Virus record (IMG/VR): IMGVR_UViG_2636416124_000002
Location: 1-64,000 of that record
Length of the DNA: 64,000 nt
Direction: 5' to 3' (one strand)
From: a virus
Lineage: Duplodnaviria; Caudoviricetes
Part shown: positions 1 to 10,329 of the stretch, piece after piece
How the letters are laid out: every line of letters begins with the position of its first letter
How positions within the stretch are numbered: position 1 is the first letter of the stretch
Position numbers and translations under genes: made by a program
Notes under the pieces: model-generated
Database searches by the model: none
The model's input: the letters and a program-made list of their open reading frames with translations, nothing else
What the model was told of the DNA's origin: nothing

Positions 1-1
1 T

Positions 2-22
2 TGAACATCCCTTTCATGTTCA
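2..22. other. Possible att core: TGAACAT-7 bp-ATGTTCA inverted repeat
   Basis: A perfect 7-bp inverted repeat flanks a 7-bp spacer, 75 bp downstream of the integrase stop. This is the geometry of tyrosine-integrase core sites. The partner att site is not in the window. Confidence 0.35.
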
Positions 23-96
23 TACGATTCCCCCTCAAACGGCCCTGACCTGCAAGGGAAGAGCGCCAACGCGTGCCAATGGGAGACGAGTGGGAG

Positions 97-1367
97 TTAG
101 CCCCAGATCGCGTCACCCAGCCGCACCGGCACTGATTCCCACCGGTCCTGCAGCGACTTCATGATGGCCCGCTCCATCGGAACAGTGACGCTGCTGTAGA
201 CGCCCTCAACCCCCGGCACCTCGTGCCCCATTCGCGACTCCACTGCGAACCGGCTGTGCCCGTCCTCGTCAAGCCACGCCTTCGCGCTGTGCCGCACCAA
301 GTAGAGCCGCTTCCCCGCAAAAGCAGGCACTGCAGGCAGCGGAGACCGGTCACCCGTCGGCCTCGCCCCCTCGCCAGCCTTCGTGCCGTCTGCGATCTGA
401 CGCCAGTACCGGTAGCCGAAGTTGGTCGCCCTCAGGTTTCCGCCCGTTGGCGTGCAGAAGACGTCGTTGGAGTCATGGTCCTTCAGGAGGCGTTCCAGCA
501 TGTCTGCCAGGAACGGCGGGATGACCAGGGTTCGATGGGAGTCGTACTTCGGGGGTGGAACTGCAGCGTCCTGCCCGAGTACTGGTATTGCCGCTCCACT
601 CGGATCGCAGGCATCAGGCCCTCGCCCTTGCCGTACCGGACCATGTCCTCTGCATAGCGGTCGGACTCCTCGGGATCCAGGTGCAGGTCGGACCCGGGCC
701 ACGTCGGGTAGCAGAACTCGCGGGTGAGGCCGTAGAGCTCCGCCGGCCGCATGCCCGTCACTGCCATGGTCCAGATGAACACGTACCCGGACGGCCCGAT
801 GACTGTATGGGCGTTGCGGGCGAGTGCTTCGATGACGGTGGGGTCGGTGTCCTTCTTTCGCTCCCGCTTCTTCTTCGTGTACTTGCCGCGGCGGCGGTGG
901 CGTTCCACGGGTGAGGCCTTGCGAAGCTCTGCGCCGACTGCATCATCCATGGCCATGCTGAAGACGTTCAGGATGGACTTCTGGCTGTTCTCGCTCGGCA
1001 GGACGGCCTTGAGGTGCTTCTTGAAGGCCCGGTGGTCCATGATGCCGAGGTCGCCAACGGTGCGGTTCTTGAAGAACGGTTTGATGTGTACTCGAATCGC
1101 GGACTCATACGTCACCATCGACCGGTGCGCCAGGTCGAGCGAGGCGTACCAGGCGTCCAGCCAGTCGGCGAGGAGCATGGCGCCGTCGCGGTTGGTGATG
1201 TGGGTTCCGTGGCGGACCTCGTATTCCATGTCCTGGCCGTGCTGGAGCGCCGCGTCCTCGTCGGTGAAGCCGCCCTTGGATTCGTACCGTTTGCGCCCGT
1301 TGGCGTGGTGCTCGCCGGTCCACCACTTGACTCGGCACGTTTCTCCGCGCCACTCGACGTGCGGCAT
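97..1367 (-). CDS. int: Tyrosine integrase (one apparent frameshift in a C run near 551-555)
   Basis: The ATG at 1367 has a GGAGG RBS. Catalytic motifs are TGMRPAEL, LYLVRHS, MGH and a downstream Tyr (GVYS). Adding one C joins ORFs 483-1439 and 97-702 as ...QFHPPKYDS... Confidence 0.9.
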
Positions 1368-1435
1368 GGGGCCTCCTGGTGGTGAGCGTGGTGTCCGGCT
1401 AGCTTCCCCGCTGCCGGACCACCCGCTTGACTGCT

Positions 1436-1642
1436 TCAATCCGGCTTGCCCATGGGGCAGTTACGGCATCCTGAGCAGTCTCCTCCTTCGCGCCGGACCA
1501 GTTCTCGCATGACGGCCCTGACTGCCGGATCATGCTCGAACCGGGGCGCTGCTACACAGACGATCTTCTCAGATGTACGGCCCACCCAGGCGTAGAACTC
1601 CGGGCCGTAGTCCCTCAGTACCAGATCACCGCGCATCACCAT
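1436..1642 (-). CDS. Small hypothetical protein with C-terminal CxxCxxC
   Basis: MVMRGDLVLRDY...GGDCSGCRNCP, between the repressor and integrase on the same strand. Confidence 0.55.
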   Translation of the reverse strand: MVMRGDLVLRDYGPEFYAWVGRTSEKIVCVAAPRFEHDPAVRAVMRELVRREGGDCSGCRNCPMGKPD

Positions 1643-1800
1643 GGTCCCCCCTTCGGGACGGGAGAACCCCCCAAGGTGTGCTGTTGACTCTGCCATGTTC
1701 AGGGCCGGTTGGGACCGGGTCGGAGCGATGTTGGGGCCGGAAGTTTCGTAACAAAGTACTTACGTGCAAAAGGTTGTAGTCCAAATGGGTGAATGTTCCG

Positions 1801-2208
1801 TCAAATGATCCCCTTCTCCTCAAGATCCTCGATGATGCGGGCGCTCAACGCGCGGATCTGTGGTGCGTCAAGGTCTGTCACGCCGATGGAGGCACTCTCG
1901 ATGGCCTGCCGAACAGCCGCCACTCGGTCCACGCCGTCGGCGATGACGACGTTCGGGGCGGTGTCGGAGTCGCTTGCGCGGACGGGCCGGCCGCCTTCTG
2001 CGATGGAGTTGCAGCTGCCGGTTGCCCATCCGAGGGCGTGATCGATCTTTGCGTAGTTCAAGGGGCGAACTGGGTTCGCCTCTTCGACGCGCTTCCAGGT
2101 GTCTTTGGCGATGCCGGCTTCGGCGGCGGCCTTGGTTCTGGCGAGGCCGAGCTGGTGGCGGCGGGCCTTGACGGCTTGCCCTAGGCGTGTGAGGTCGCGG
2201 GGTGGCAT
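1801..2208 (-). CDS. Immunity repressor, XRE-family HTH
   Basis: MPPRDLTRLGQAVKARRHQLGLARTKAAAEAGIAKDTWKRVEE is an XRE HTH. The gene is divergent from a Cro-like gene. Confidence 0.8.
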   Translation of the reverse strand: MPPRDLTRLGQAVKARRHQLGLARTKAAAEAGIAKDTWKRVEEANPVRPLNYAKIDHALGWATGSCNSIAEGGRPVRASDSDTAPNVVIADGVDRVAAVRQAIESASIGVTDLDAPQIRALSARIIEDLEEKGII

Positions 2209-2333
2209 GGCCCCATCTTGGCAGGGCCGGGCGGGGCCAGCTAGGACCAGTTGCCAGTACGGCTGGAACTTTGACAAGCGCCTGACGTGCACGAATGCGC
2301 CGGGCGTGAAGTCGGCGCGCCCCTGATGGTCAT

Positions 2334-2381
2334 CTAGGGCTAACTAGAGGGCAACTGGAGCTAGACAAGAGGGCTAACTAG
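2334..2381. promoter_or_regulatory. Repressor/Cro operator region
   Basis: AGGGCTAACTAG occurs at 2336-2347 and 2370-2381, with a degenerate AGGGCAACTGG at 2348-2358, in the divergent intergenic gap. Confidence 0.6.
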
Positions 2382-2396
2382 GGATAGCTTCATGGC

Positions 2397-2642
2397 ATGC
2401 GCCAACCCCAACCCACCTTCGAAGTGGACGGGGCGGAAATCCGCCACCGCCGCATGCAGATGGGCCTCGAAATGACCGAGCTGGCCGAACGCGTGGGCAT
2501 AAGTCGGCGCTACCTCAGCCACCTCGAAAACGGCACCCGCACACGCATGAGGCCGAGCCGATACGCGGCCCTCTGCAAGCAGCTCGACGCGCACACCGAA
2601 GACCTCCTCGCCCCACAGGGGACCCAACCACTTAAGGAGTGA
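2397..2642 (+). CDS. Cro-like XRE HTH protein
   Basis: EIRHRRMQMGLEMTELAERVGISRRYLSHLENG. First gene of the rightward early operon. Confidence 0.8.
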   Translation: MRQPQPTFEVDGAEIRHRRMQMGLEMTELAERVGISRRYLSHLENGTRTRMRPSRYAALCKQLDAHTEDLLAPQGTQPLKE

Positions 2643-2643
2643 C

Positions 2644-2951
2644 ATGCCCGGCGACAAGTACGAGAGGTACGGCCGCCCGATTCCCCCGCCGACCCGCACC
2701 AGGAGTACATGACCGTCCAGGAGACGGCCCACGTCCTGTCGGTCTCCGTGTCCTGGCTCCGCCGGTTCCTGAAGGACCACCCGAAGATGCATTCCCGTCT
2801 CGGTCGGCGGATCGTCACGGACCGCGCCGACCGGGCTGCGATCTACGGGGCGAAGCGTCTGGGTGGCACGGCGCACCGGGGGAGTAAGCGTCGGCCGGTT
2901 CGCCGGTCGAGCGCCTCGGGTCGAACGGCTCCGTTGAAGTCCGCTGCTTGA
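2644..2951 (+). CDS. Excisionase-like (MerR/HTH_17-type) protein; probable frameshift near 2682
   Basis: YMTVQETAHVLSVSVSWLRRFLKDHP...RLGRRIV is a wHTH pattern. The RBS AAGGAG precedes ATG 2644. Confidence 0.6.
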
Positions 2952-3040
2952 GCAGCTGTGAGGCCGCCCCCGTAACGACCAAGTCCGGGAACGGCCTCTG
3001 AGTCCCACCCTCACCTGTCATGACGAAAGGCGGGCCTACT

Positions 3041-3727
3041 GTGCCCCAGAATCCCACACCTGCTGCTGCGGGTGACACGAACCCCACGACTCCGATGCCC
3101 GGCGAGGATGCGATCCGGGAGCAGGTGCGCCGACTCCTGGCGGCTGCCGACGGCTTCGGCTTGGACGGCTTGGAGCCGCACGACTACCAGAAGCACGCGA
3201 GCGTCGTGCTCGACATGATCCGCCCGCTGGTCTTCGCGCTCGGCCAGTATCAGGCGCTGGAGCTGGGCACCCCCGAGGGGCGTATCTCCGCGAAGTGCGA
3301 CGACTCCTCGCACCCGGTGTGGCTGCGCGACCTGGACGACATGCGGGGCTGCCCGTGGTGCCGGGTCGCCGAGCTGGAGGCGCAGGCCGAGAAGACCGCC
3401 GCGTTCTGCGCCCAGCGTGCCGAGTACGTGACCAGCATCCTGAACTGCCACCCGGACAACGCGCACGACTACTACCGCTGGCAGGGCCACGCGGAGGCGC
3501 GACGTCAGCTGTCGCAGTCGCTCGGCCTGCCGGTGGGGTGGCCCGCCGAGGACAAGCAGGCCACCACGCCCACCCCGGCGGAGGACCCGCACGACGGGCC
3601 GTTGCATCACTCGTACGCGCTGGGCCGCGACCTCCCCGAGGTGACGCCCGACGAGCAGGCGCGCCGGGACGAGTCCGTCGCGAAGCTGCGGGCGCTGCTC
3701 GCCCGCCAGTCGGGCGGTGCGTCGTGA
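3041..3727 (+). CDS. Hypothetical phage protein (CPWC motif)
   Basis: Long ORF with phage-like codon bias whose stop overlaps the next GTG. Confidence 0.6.
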   Translation: MPQNPTPAAAGDTNPTTPMPGEDAIREQVRRLLAAADGFGLDGLEPHDYQKHASVVLDMIRPLVFALGQYQALELGTPEGRISAKCDDSSHPVWLRDLDDMRGCPWCRVAELEAQAEKTAAFCAQRAEYVTSILNCHPDNAHDYYRWQGHAEARRQLSQSLGLPVGWPAEDKQATTPTPAEDPHDGPLHHSYALGRDLPEVTPDEQARRDESVAKLRALLARQSGGAS

Positions 3728-5895
3728 CTGCCGCCGACATGGAGCGCCTGGACGTCCCGCTGAATGTGCTCCTCGCGCAGGTGGATCAGATCGCCACCGA
3801 GAGGGACGCACAGGCCCGCGCCGAGGCCTACGCCGAGAACCGGCACCTCCTCTACGACGCCGACCCGACCGACACCGCCTTCGCCCTGCTGCCCTGCCCG
3901 CACCCCGAGCTGTGCTCCACCGGTGCGGACTACCCGGGCTTCGACGCCTGGATCACCCAGCAGCAGAACCTCAACACCGCAGCACGGAGGACCCGATGAG
4001 CAGCTACTACGCGGACATCGCTCCGCAGGCCTACGAGATCACGTGGCACGCCGGGCATGTCGAGACGGTCATCGCCCACCAGGTCTCTCACGACTCGCGG
4101 CGCATCCGGGTGTCGGCCCTGCCGGGCGGCGAGTTCGCGACCGAGGCGGACGGACAGCGCATCAAGTTCCACGCCGAGGTCGACGGCCAGTGGACGTTGC
4201 AGCTGTCCGCCATGGAGTCCGACATCCGCACGATCCGCAACATCACGAACGGCGAGCAGCTCCCCGGAGGCAACCGATGAACACCTTCAACCTCTCCTGG
4301 GGCGACCGCCCGATCGTGCTGGAGACCGAGGGTGCCCGCACGTTCCTCCGTCTCGGCGCCAACCTGCGGGTTGATGTGACGGACGCGTCGCTGGACCAGC
4401 TCGACCGGCTGGCCCAGGTGACGGCGGACCTCGCGGACGTCTGGCGGGACCAGATCCGGGCCGCCCGGGTGGCGGACGAGGTCGCCGCCGAGGACGGGTT
4501 CCCGTACCGGCGCAGGCAGGTGGCGGCATGAACGCCACGTTCGTTCACGAGGGCATCGAGTTCGACCTGACCCTCACCTACGCCGACTGCACTGGCGTCG
4601 AGTGGGTGTGGACCGGCGAACAGGTCGACGGCGTACCGCTGATGGCCCAGAAGCGGGCCCCGCACGGCTGCAGGGCACCGTGGAAGCTCACCGACCTGTA
4701 CTGGGAGCTGGGCCCGCTCATCGCGATCCACGACCGGCCGTCGAACACCGACTTCCGGAAGGCGATCGACCCGAACTACGAGGACACGGTGGCCGCCGGG
4801 TACGTCGAGGCGCCAGCCGCGTTCGGCGCCCGCATCGCGACGACACCGGTCCCGTCTCCGGCGGTCCCGCAGTTGACCGCCAACCACCTGCCGCCCAGCC
4901 CGCTGGAGCAGACCGGGTTCCGGCGGTTCATCCGCAGCCTCCAGAAGGGCGGCGCGTGATGGATGAACTGAGGAACGCGCAGGCTCGAATCACCGAGCTG
5001 GAGGCCGAGTTGGAGCGGTACGTGGGTAGGGAGCCGACGGTCCGCGACGAGATGGCCTACCTCCAGCGGTGCCTGAACTCGGTGCTGGAGCGGTGCGACC
5101 AGGCCGCCGCCCAGGCGGTCCGGTGGGAGAACCCGCTGCCGGTCCCGGAGTGGGTGATCGCGGTCCGGGAGGCCGCCTCGGGTGAACGCCCGGACAACCC
5201 GGCCGACAAGCGGCGGCGCATCTACATCGACGGCAACGGCAGCGGGTGGGTCGACCTGTCCGTCGACAACCACGGTCTGCTCTGGCTGCGCCGCATCAGC
5301 AACTCGGACGCTCATGCAACCCCGGGTTCGATCCGCGCCGAGACCGGCGGTCTGTACGAGATCGGCCGGTGCTGGTGACCGCCTACGTCATCACCGCCAC
5401 CGCCATCGGCGTCGTGTTCTGCGCGATGGCGGTGGCCCCCAGCCTCACCCGGAAGGGCAAGTCATGAGCTTCAGCAGCCTCATATCCCGCAGCAAGCCGA
5501 AGCACCGAGCCGCCGACAAGGTGGCCCAGTTGCAGGCCGAGAACAAGGCACTTGTCCGGCAGGCGTTCGGCGCCATGGAGTACATCGGCCAGCTCGAAGT
5601 GGTCAACGGGTGCCTCGCGGACACGGCCCGGAAGCTGACGGAGCAGCGCGATTCCGTATGGGGTGAGCTGGACGACCTGCGGATCGAACTCAGTGCTGCC
5701 AGAACGCGTCTCGCCCCGATGCTCGCGGCGGAGGCCAACGCGAACGCGATCACCGTGCCCGCCCCGATCCGGGACAGCAGCCGGTTCGAGGACCAGACCA
5801 CCGAGACGATCCGCGTGCGCCCCCTGTGGGAGGCGATCGGGCCCGTGGTCCGCACCGAGGGCAGTGCTGATCCGGTGCACCTGCCCACCGCATGA
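3724..5895 (+). CDS. Run of coupled small early genes: 3724-3999, 3996-4280, 4277-4531, 4528-4959, 4959-5378, 5375-5467, 5464-5895 (all hypothetical)
   Basis: Each start overlaps the previous stop (ATGA/GTGA/TGATG) and has a purine-rich RBS. Confidence 0.7.
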
Positions 5896-6005
5896 GCCCG
5901 CCGGGCGGGCGGTGACCACACCACCCTCCCGCCCGGCGTACCAGAACACCCCGCGAGTCGTGATCGCGGGGCGTCCACCACCAGCATCCCAGAAGGAGCC
6001 CCACC

Positions 6006-6470
6006 GTGGGTTACACCACCGAGTTCACCGGTCACGTCACCGTCGACCCGCCGCTCAACCCGGCCGAGATCGCCTACCTCGACAAGTTCGCCGACACCCG
6101 GCGGATGGCACGCAAGCTCGGCCCCTACTTCGTCGACGGCAGCGGACCGTTCGGCCAGGGCCAGGACGCGGACATCGTCAACTACAACCGCCCGCCGGAG
6201 GGGCAGCCCGGCCTGTGGTGCAAGTGGCAGCCCACCCCGGACGGCACCGCCATCCAGTGGAACGGGGCCGAGAAGTTCTACGACGCCGACGCGTGGATGG
6301 CGTACCTGATCGACCACTTCCTCCAGCCCGGCGGCAAGGCCCAGGGGCAGCCCGGCTTCGAGGGCTTCACCTTCGACCACGTCGTCAACGGCGAGATCAA
6401 GGCGCAGGGCGAGGACCCGGACGACACCTGGACGCTCCACGTCACCAGCAACGCCGTCACCCGCACCTGA
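6006..6470 (+). CDS. Conserved-looking hypothetical phage protein (MGYTTEFTGHV...)
   Basis: AAGGAG RBS, clean 154-aa ORF, strong GC3 bias. Confidence 0.7.
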   Translation: MGYTTEFTGHVTVDPPLNPAEIAYLDKFADTRRMARKLGPYFVDGSGPFGQGQDADIVNYNRPPEGQPGLWCKWQPTPDGTAIQWNGAEKFYDADAWMAYLIDHFLQPGGKAQGQPGFEGFTFDHVVNGEIKAQGEDPDDTWTLHVTSNAVTRT

Positions 6471-6567
6471 CCCACCTCCCGGCAGGCGTCCGAGCCCGGC
6501 TCCGTCTGCCCGCTGCGGGCCGCCAACCCCCAGGCGGCCCGCAGCAACCCCGTACCAGGAGAGCCAC

Positions 6568-6675
6568 ATGAGCCCCATCGAATGCGCCCGCTGCCACAGC
6601 ACCAACGGCCCGTTCGCCAAACGCCCCGAAGGCCCCGTCTGCGAAGACTGCCTCAACGAACAGGACCAGCGATGA
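6568..6675 (+). CDS. Tiny CxxC...CxxC zinc-binding protein
   Basis: MSPIECARCHSTNGPFAKRPEGPVCEDCLNEQDQR. AGGAG RBS; stop overlaps the next ATG. Confidence 0.55.
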   Translation: MSPIECARCHSTNGPFAKRPEGPVCEDCLNEQDQR

Positions 6676-7540
6676 CCACCACCCTCGAACCCCCGGTCAC
6701 CGCACCCGTCGTCATCGACGGCATGACCGCCGAGAAGTACCACGCGGACAAGACATCCATCTCCTCCTCCGGACTCCGCGCACTCCTCAACCCCGGCTGC
6801 CCCGCCCAGTTCAAGTACGACCGCGACCACCTGCAGCCCCCAAGCGGGAGTTCGACCTCGGCAACGCCGTCCACACCGCGGTGCTCGGCGAAGGCCACGA
6901 CATCGTCGAGATCGACTACCCGAACTACCTCAAGGCCGACGCCCGCGCGGCCCGCGACGACGCCTACGCCGCAGGCAAGGTCCCACTCCTCCCGAAGGAG
7001 AAGGCCCAAGTCGACGCCATGGAGCAGGCCGTCCGCGAGCACCCGCTCGCCGGCCCCCTCTTCGCCCCCGGCACGGGCATGGCGGAACGCTCCATCTACT
7101 GGACCGACCCCGACACCGGAGTCCGCTGCCGGGTCCGACCTGACTGGCTGAAGCAACTCCCCGGCCTGACCCTGTGCGTCGACTACAAGACGATCAAGTC
7201 GGCCGACCCGGACACCGTCTCCAAAGCCATCCGGGACCACGCCTACCACCAGCAGGACGCCTTCTACACCGACGGCATCTGGGCCGCACTCCAGCCCGAG
7301 GACGTCCGGTTCATCTTCGTCTTCCAGTCCAAGACCGCCCCCTACCTGATCACGGTGCGCGAACTCGCCGACCAAGACCGGGACATCGGCCGGGCCCGCA
7401 ACGAACGAGCCCTCCGCACCTACGCCGAATGCATGGCCACCGGTATCTGGCCCGACTGGACCGGACCCGTCACCGACATCCCCACCATCTCCATGCCCAC
7501 CTGGGCCGTCCTCAACGAAACCGAGGAGTACCTCCGGTGA
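6672..7540 (+). CDS. RecE/ExoVIII-like PD-(D/E)xK exonuclease (frameshift in C run 6837-6841)
   Basis: ISSSGLRAL...FDLGNAVHTAVLG...AERSIYWTD...CRVRPDWL...VDYKT...YHQQDAFY. Confidence 0.85.
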
Positions 7541-8379
7541 ACAACGAACTCGCTACCCGCGCCGACGAAACAGCCGCCGTTGTCAACTACCTTGCGGCCG
7601 ATCCGCCGACCGAGTCGGAGCTCGAAGCGTGGGCCCGCGACGCCATCGCGATCTCCCAGATCTCCGCGAACATCGCCACAACTAGCCTCGCCGGCGCCTA
7701 CCGCGGCAAGCCCGACGAGGTCACCGCCGTGATCCTCGCCGGGCACGAGCTCGGCATCCAGCCCATGACCTCGCTGAAGTCGATCGACGTCATCCAGGGG
7801 CAGCCCGCACTGCGAGCCCACGCCATGCGAGGCCTGCTCCAGTCGAAGGGCCACGAGATCGAGCTGATGGAAGCCACGGCCTCCTACTGCAAGATGCGCG
7901 GCCGGCGGAAGGGCGCCGACGTGTGGCAGGAGGTCGAGTGGGACATCGACCGAGCCCGCCTGCTGGGGCTCCTCGGCAAGGACCAGTGGAAGAAGCAGCC
8001 GAAGACCATGCTGATCAACCGGGCCACCGGTGAGATCTGCCGGCTCGTCGCTTCGGACGCCCTGCACGGCATGCCCTACGCGGCCGAGGAACTCGACGGC
8101 TACACCCACGGCGAGGTCACCCAGCCGAAGCGGGCACCGCTGTCCGTCGCTTCCATCGCCGACCCGGGGCAGCCTCGCGCCGACTCTGGCGTGGTGGACG
8201 TCGACACCGACGACGAGCACGCCGCCGCCGTCCAGGCCCTCCGAGACTTCGGCCGCCAGCAGGGGGTCGACGACATCGAGGCCCTCGCCCACGAAGAACT
8301 CGGCGCCCCCGTCGAGCACGTCTCCGCCCAGGCCATCCGAGACCTCATCGACCGGCTCCACAAGGCCATCGCCGCCTGA
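7537..8379 (+). CDS. RecT-like single-strand annealing protein
   Basis: Directly follows the RecE-like gene. GHELGIQPMTSLKSIDVIQGQPAL...WKKQPKTML...A is a recombinase-type pattern. Confidence 0.7.
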   Translation: MNNELATRADETAAVVNYLAADPPTESELEAWARDAIAISQISANIATTSLAGAYRGKPDEVTAVILAGHELGIQPMTSLKSIDVIQGQPALRAHAMRGLLQSKGHEIELMEATASYCKMRGRRKGADVWQEVEWDIDRARLLGLLGKDQWKKQPKTMLINRATGEICRLVASDALHGMPYAAEELDGYTHGEVTQPKRAPLSVASIADPGQPRADSGVVDVDTDDEHAAAVQALRDFGRQQGVDDIEALAHEELGAPVEHVSAQAIRDLIDRLHKAIAA

Positions 8380-8391
8380 CCCGCACACGAC

Positions 8392-8422
8392 GGGACGCCC
8401 CGCGGGCATTGCGGGGCGTCCC
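8392..8422 (+). terminator. GC-rich hairpin
   Basis: GGGACGCCCCGC-7 nt-GCGGGGCGTCCC, a 12-bp perfect stem after the RecT-like stop. Confidence 0.6.
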
Positions 8423-8440
8423 ACCCCAAGGAGAACACAG

Positions 8441-8974
8441 ATGACCAACGAGCAGGCCGAGCCCACCACCATCATCGCGACCTCCACCCTCCACGACATG
8501 GGGGACGCCAACGCCCTGCTTCGCCGCCGGAACAGTGCGATGCGAGAACTGATCGCCACCCACATCGCGAAGGCCCTCGACAGCCGCGAGAAGGGGCGGT
8601 GGGTCGCCGCCGTCGAACTCGCGAAGGCCCTCGATGAAGCCGACTCCAACGTCGACCAGCAGGTCGACGACTGGCTCGAAGAGAACGGCTGGGACCCCCG
8701 GTCCGCCTGGAAGACCCCCGCAGACCTCACCCCGCACGCCGACCCGTGGGCGCCGAAGCCGGACATCACCGCCGACGTTCCGGAGCCTGTCCGCCGGGTC
8801 ATCGTCGAGCGCCTCGCCGACATGCTCCTCGACCGCGGCGACGACTGGCACGCCGAGCAGGCCCGCCGCCTCACGTTCGCTCTCAAGGCCGAGGGTGCGG
8901 ACCTGACAGGGGCGATCGAGAAGCGCATCACTGCTCTCACCCTCGGCCCGGACCCCAGCGACCCGCCGTTCTAG
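8441..8974 (+). CDS. Hypothetical protein
   Basis: AAGGAG RBS and a 177-aa ORF. Confidence 0.65.
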   Translation: MTNEQAEPTTIIATSTLHDMGDANALLRRRNSAMRELIATHIAKALDSREKGRWVAAVELAKALDEADSNVDQQVDDWLEENGWDPRSAWKTPADLTPHADPWAPKPDITADVPEPVRRVIVERLADMLLDRGDDWHAEQARRLTFALKAEGADLTGAIEKRITALTLGPDPSDPPF

Positions 8975-8988
8975 CCCACCCGCACTTC

Positions 8989-9023
8989 GGGGCAGCCCCG
9001 TACCCGACATACGGGGCTGCCCC
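8989..9023 (+). terminator. GC-rich hairpin
   Basis: GGGGCAGCCCCGTA-7 nt-TACGGGGCTGCCCC, a 14-bp perfect stem. Confidence 0.6.
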
Positions 9024-9094
9024 ACCCCAAGCACACCACACCGAGGGGAGCACGTTATGGCCCACCCGGCCGTCAACCTGAGAGGAGTCTGCTC

Positions 9095-9628
9095 ATGAGT
9101 CGCATCCCTCGCGTCATCCAGGCCGGCGAGCGATACGGACGTCTTGTCGTAGCAGTTCAGCGAGAGCCTGGCCAGAAACGCGTCCAGTGCCGCTGCGACT
9201 GCGGTCGCGAGCATTCTGTAGTGCTTCAGCAGTGGGGGAAAAGCCAGTCCTGCGGATGCCTGAGGACGGAGCTTCTCGTCGCTCGGTCCACCACTCACGG
9301 GCACAGCGGAACGTCGGTCTACATGACGTGGGGCGACATGGTGAACCGGTGCAGTAACCCGGGCCATCCGCGCTGGTCCAGCTATGGAGGCCGCGGCATA
9401 TCGGTCTGCGACCGCTGGAGGAAGTTCGAGAACTTTCTCGCGGACATGGGTGACCGCCCCGAGGGCTTGTCTCTCGACCGCGTCGACAACGACGGCCCCT
9501 ACTCCCCTGACAACTGCCGCTGGACGGACTTGTCGACACAGTCGAAGAACCGCCGCCCCTCGGCCTACGCAGGCTCCACTCGACACCCAGAGACCGGGCA
9601 GTTTCTCCCGAAGGGGCGTGCAGCGTGA
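9095..9628 (+). CDS. HNH homing endonuclease
   Basis: CRCDCG...SCGC N-terminus, YGGRGISVCDRW, and LSLDRVDNDGPYSPDNCRW. Confidence 0.85.
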   Translation: MSRIPRVIQAGERYGRLVVAVQREPGQKRVQCRCDCGREHSVVLQQWGKSQSCGCLRTELLVARSTTHGHSGTSVYMTWGDMVNRCSNPGHPRWSSYGGRGISVCDRWRKFENFLADMGDRPEGLSLDRVDNDGPYSPDNCRWTDLSTQSKNRRPSAYAGSTRHPETGQFLPKGRAA

Positions 9629-10329
9629 GCTGGCACACAGGCCGTTTGGCTGGCTTTGACCTGGAGACAACGAGCCCCGACCCGCTGACCGCCCGCATCG
9701 TCACCGCTTGCATTGTCCAACTCGGCGGCCAGCAGCCCACCGTGGCAGCGAACTGGCTGACCGACGTCGACGGCGAAGAGATCCCCGACGGGGCCGCCGC
9801 GGTCCACGGCATCAGCACCGAGAAAGCCCACGCCGAGGGGGTGGACCTGCGGGCCGCCGTCGAGGAGATCCTCGGCGCCCTCACCCAGGCGATCCTCGCC
9901 GGGATCCCGATCGTGGCCATGAACGCGCGCTACGACTTCAGCGTCCTCGACCGGGAAGCCCAGCGGTACGGCTTCCAGCCCCTGCCTGACGCCGTCGTCA
10001 TCGACCCGTTCGTCATCGACAAGCAGGTCGACCGCTACCGCCCGGGGAAGCGCACCCTGACCGCCCTGTGCGACCACTACGACGTCCGCCTCGACGGTGC
10101 GCACAGCGCAGACGCGGACGCGGTCGCCGCCTGCCGGGTCGCATGGCGGCAGGCCACCCGGTACCCGCAGCTCGCCGCCATGACCCTCGACGAGCTGCAC
10201 GCGGCGCAGGTCGGGTGGGCCGCCGAACAGGCCGCCAGCTTGCAGGAGCACTTCCGGAAGACCCGGCCCGACGCTGTCGTCGAAGGCGCATGGCCGCTCA
10301 TCCCCAGGCAGAGGGAGGCAAGCCAGTGA
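9625..10329 (+). CDS. DnaQ-like DEDDh 3'-5' exonuclease
   Basis: GFDLETT (ExoI), AMNARYDF (ExoII), AHSADADA (ExoIII). Confidence 0.9.
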   Translation: MSWHTGRLAGFDLETTSPDPLTARIVTACIVQLGGQQPTVAANWLTDVDGEEIPDGAAAVHGISTEKAHAEGVDLRAAVEEILGALTQAILAGIPIVAMNARYDFSVLDREAQRYGFQPLPDAVVIDPFVIDKQVDRYRPGKRTLTALCDHYDVRLDGAHSADADAVAACRVAWRQATRYPQLAAMTLDELHAAQVGWAAEQAASLQEHFRKTRPDAVVEGAWPLIPRQREASQ

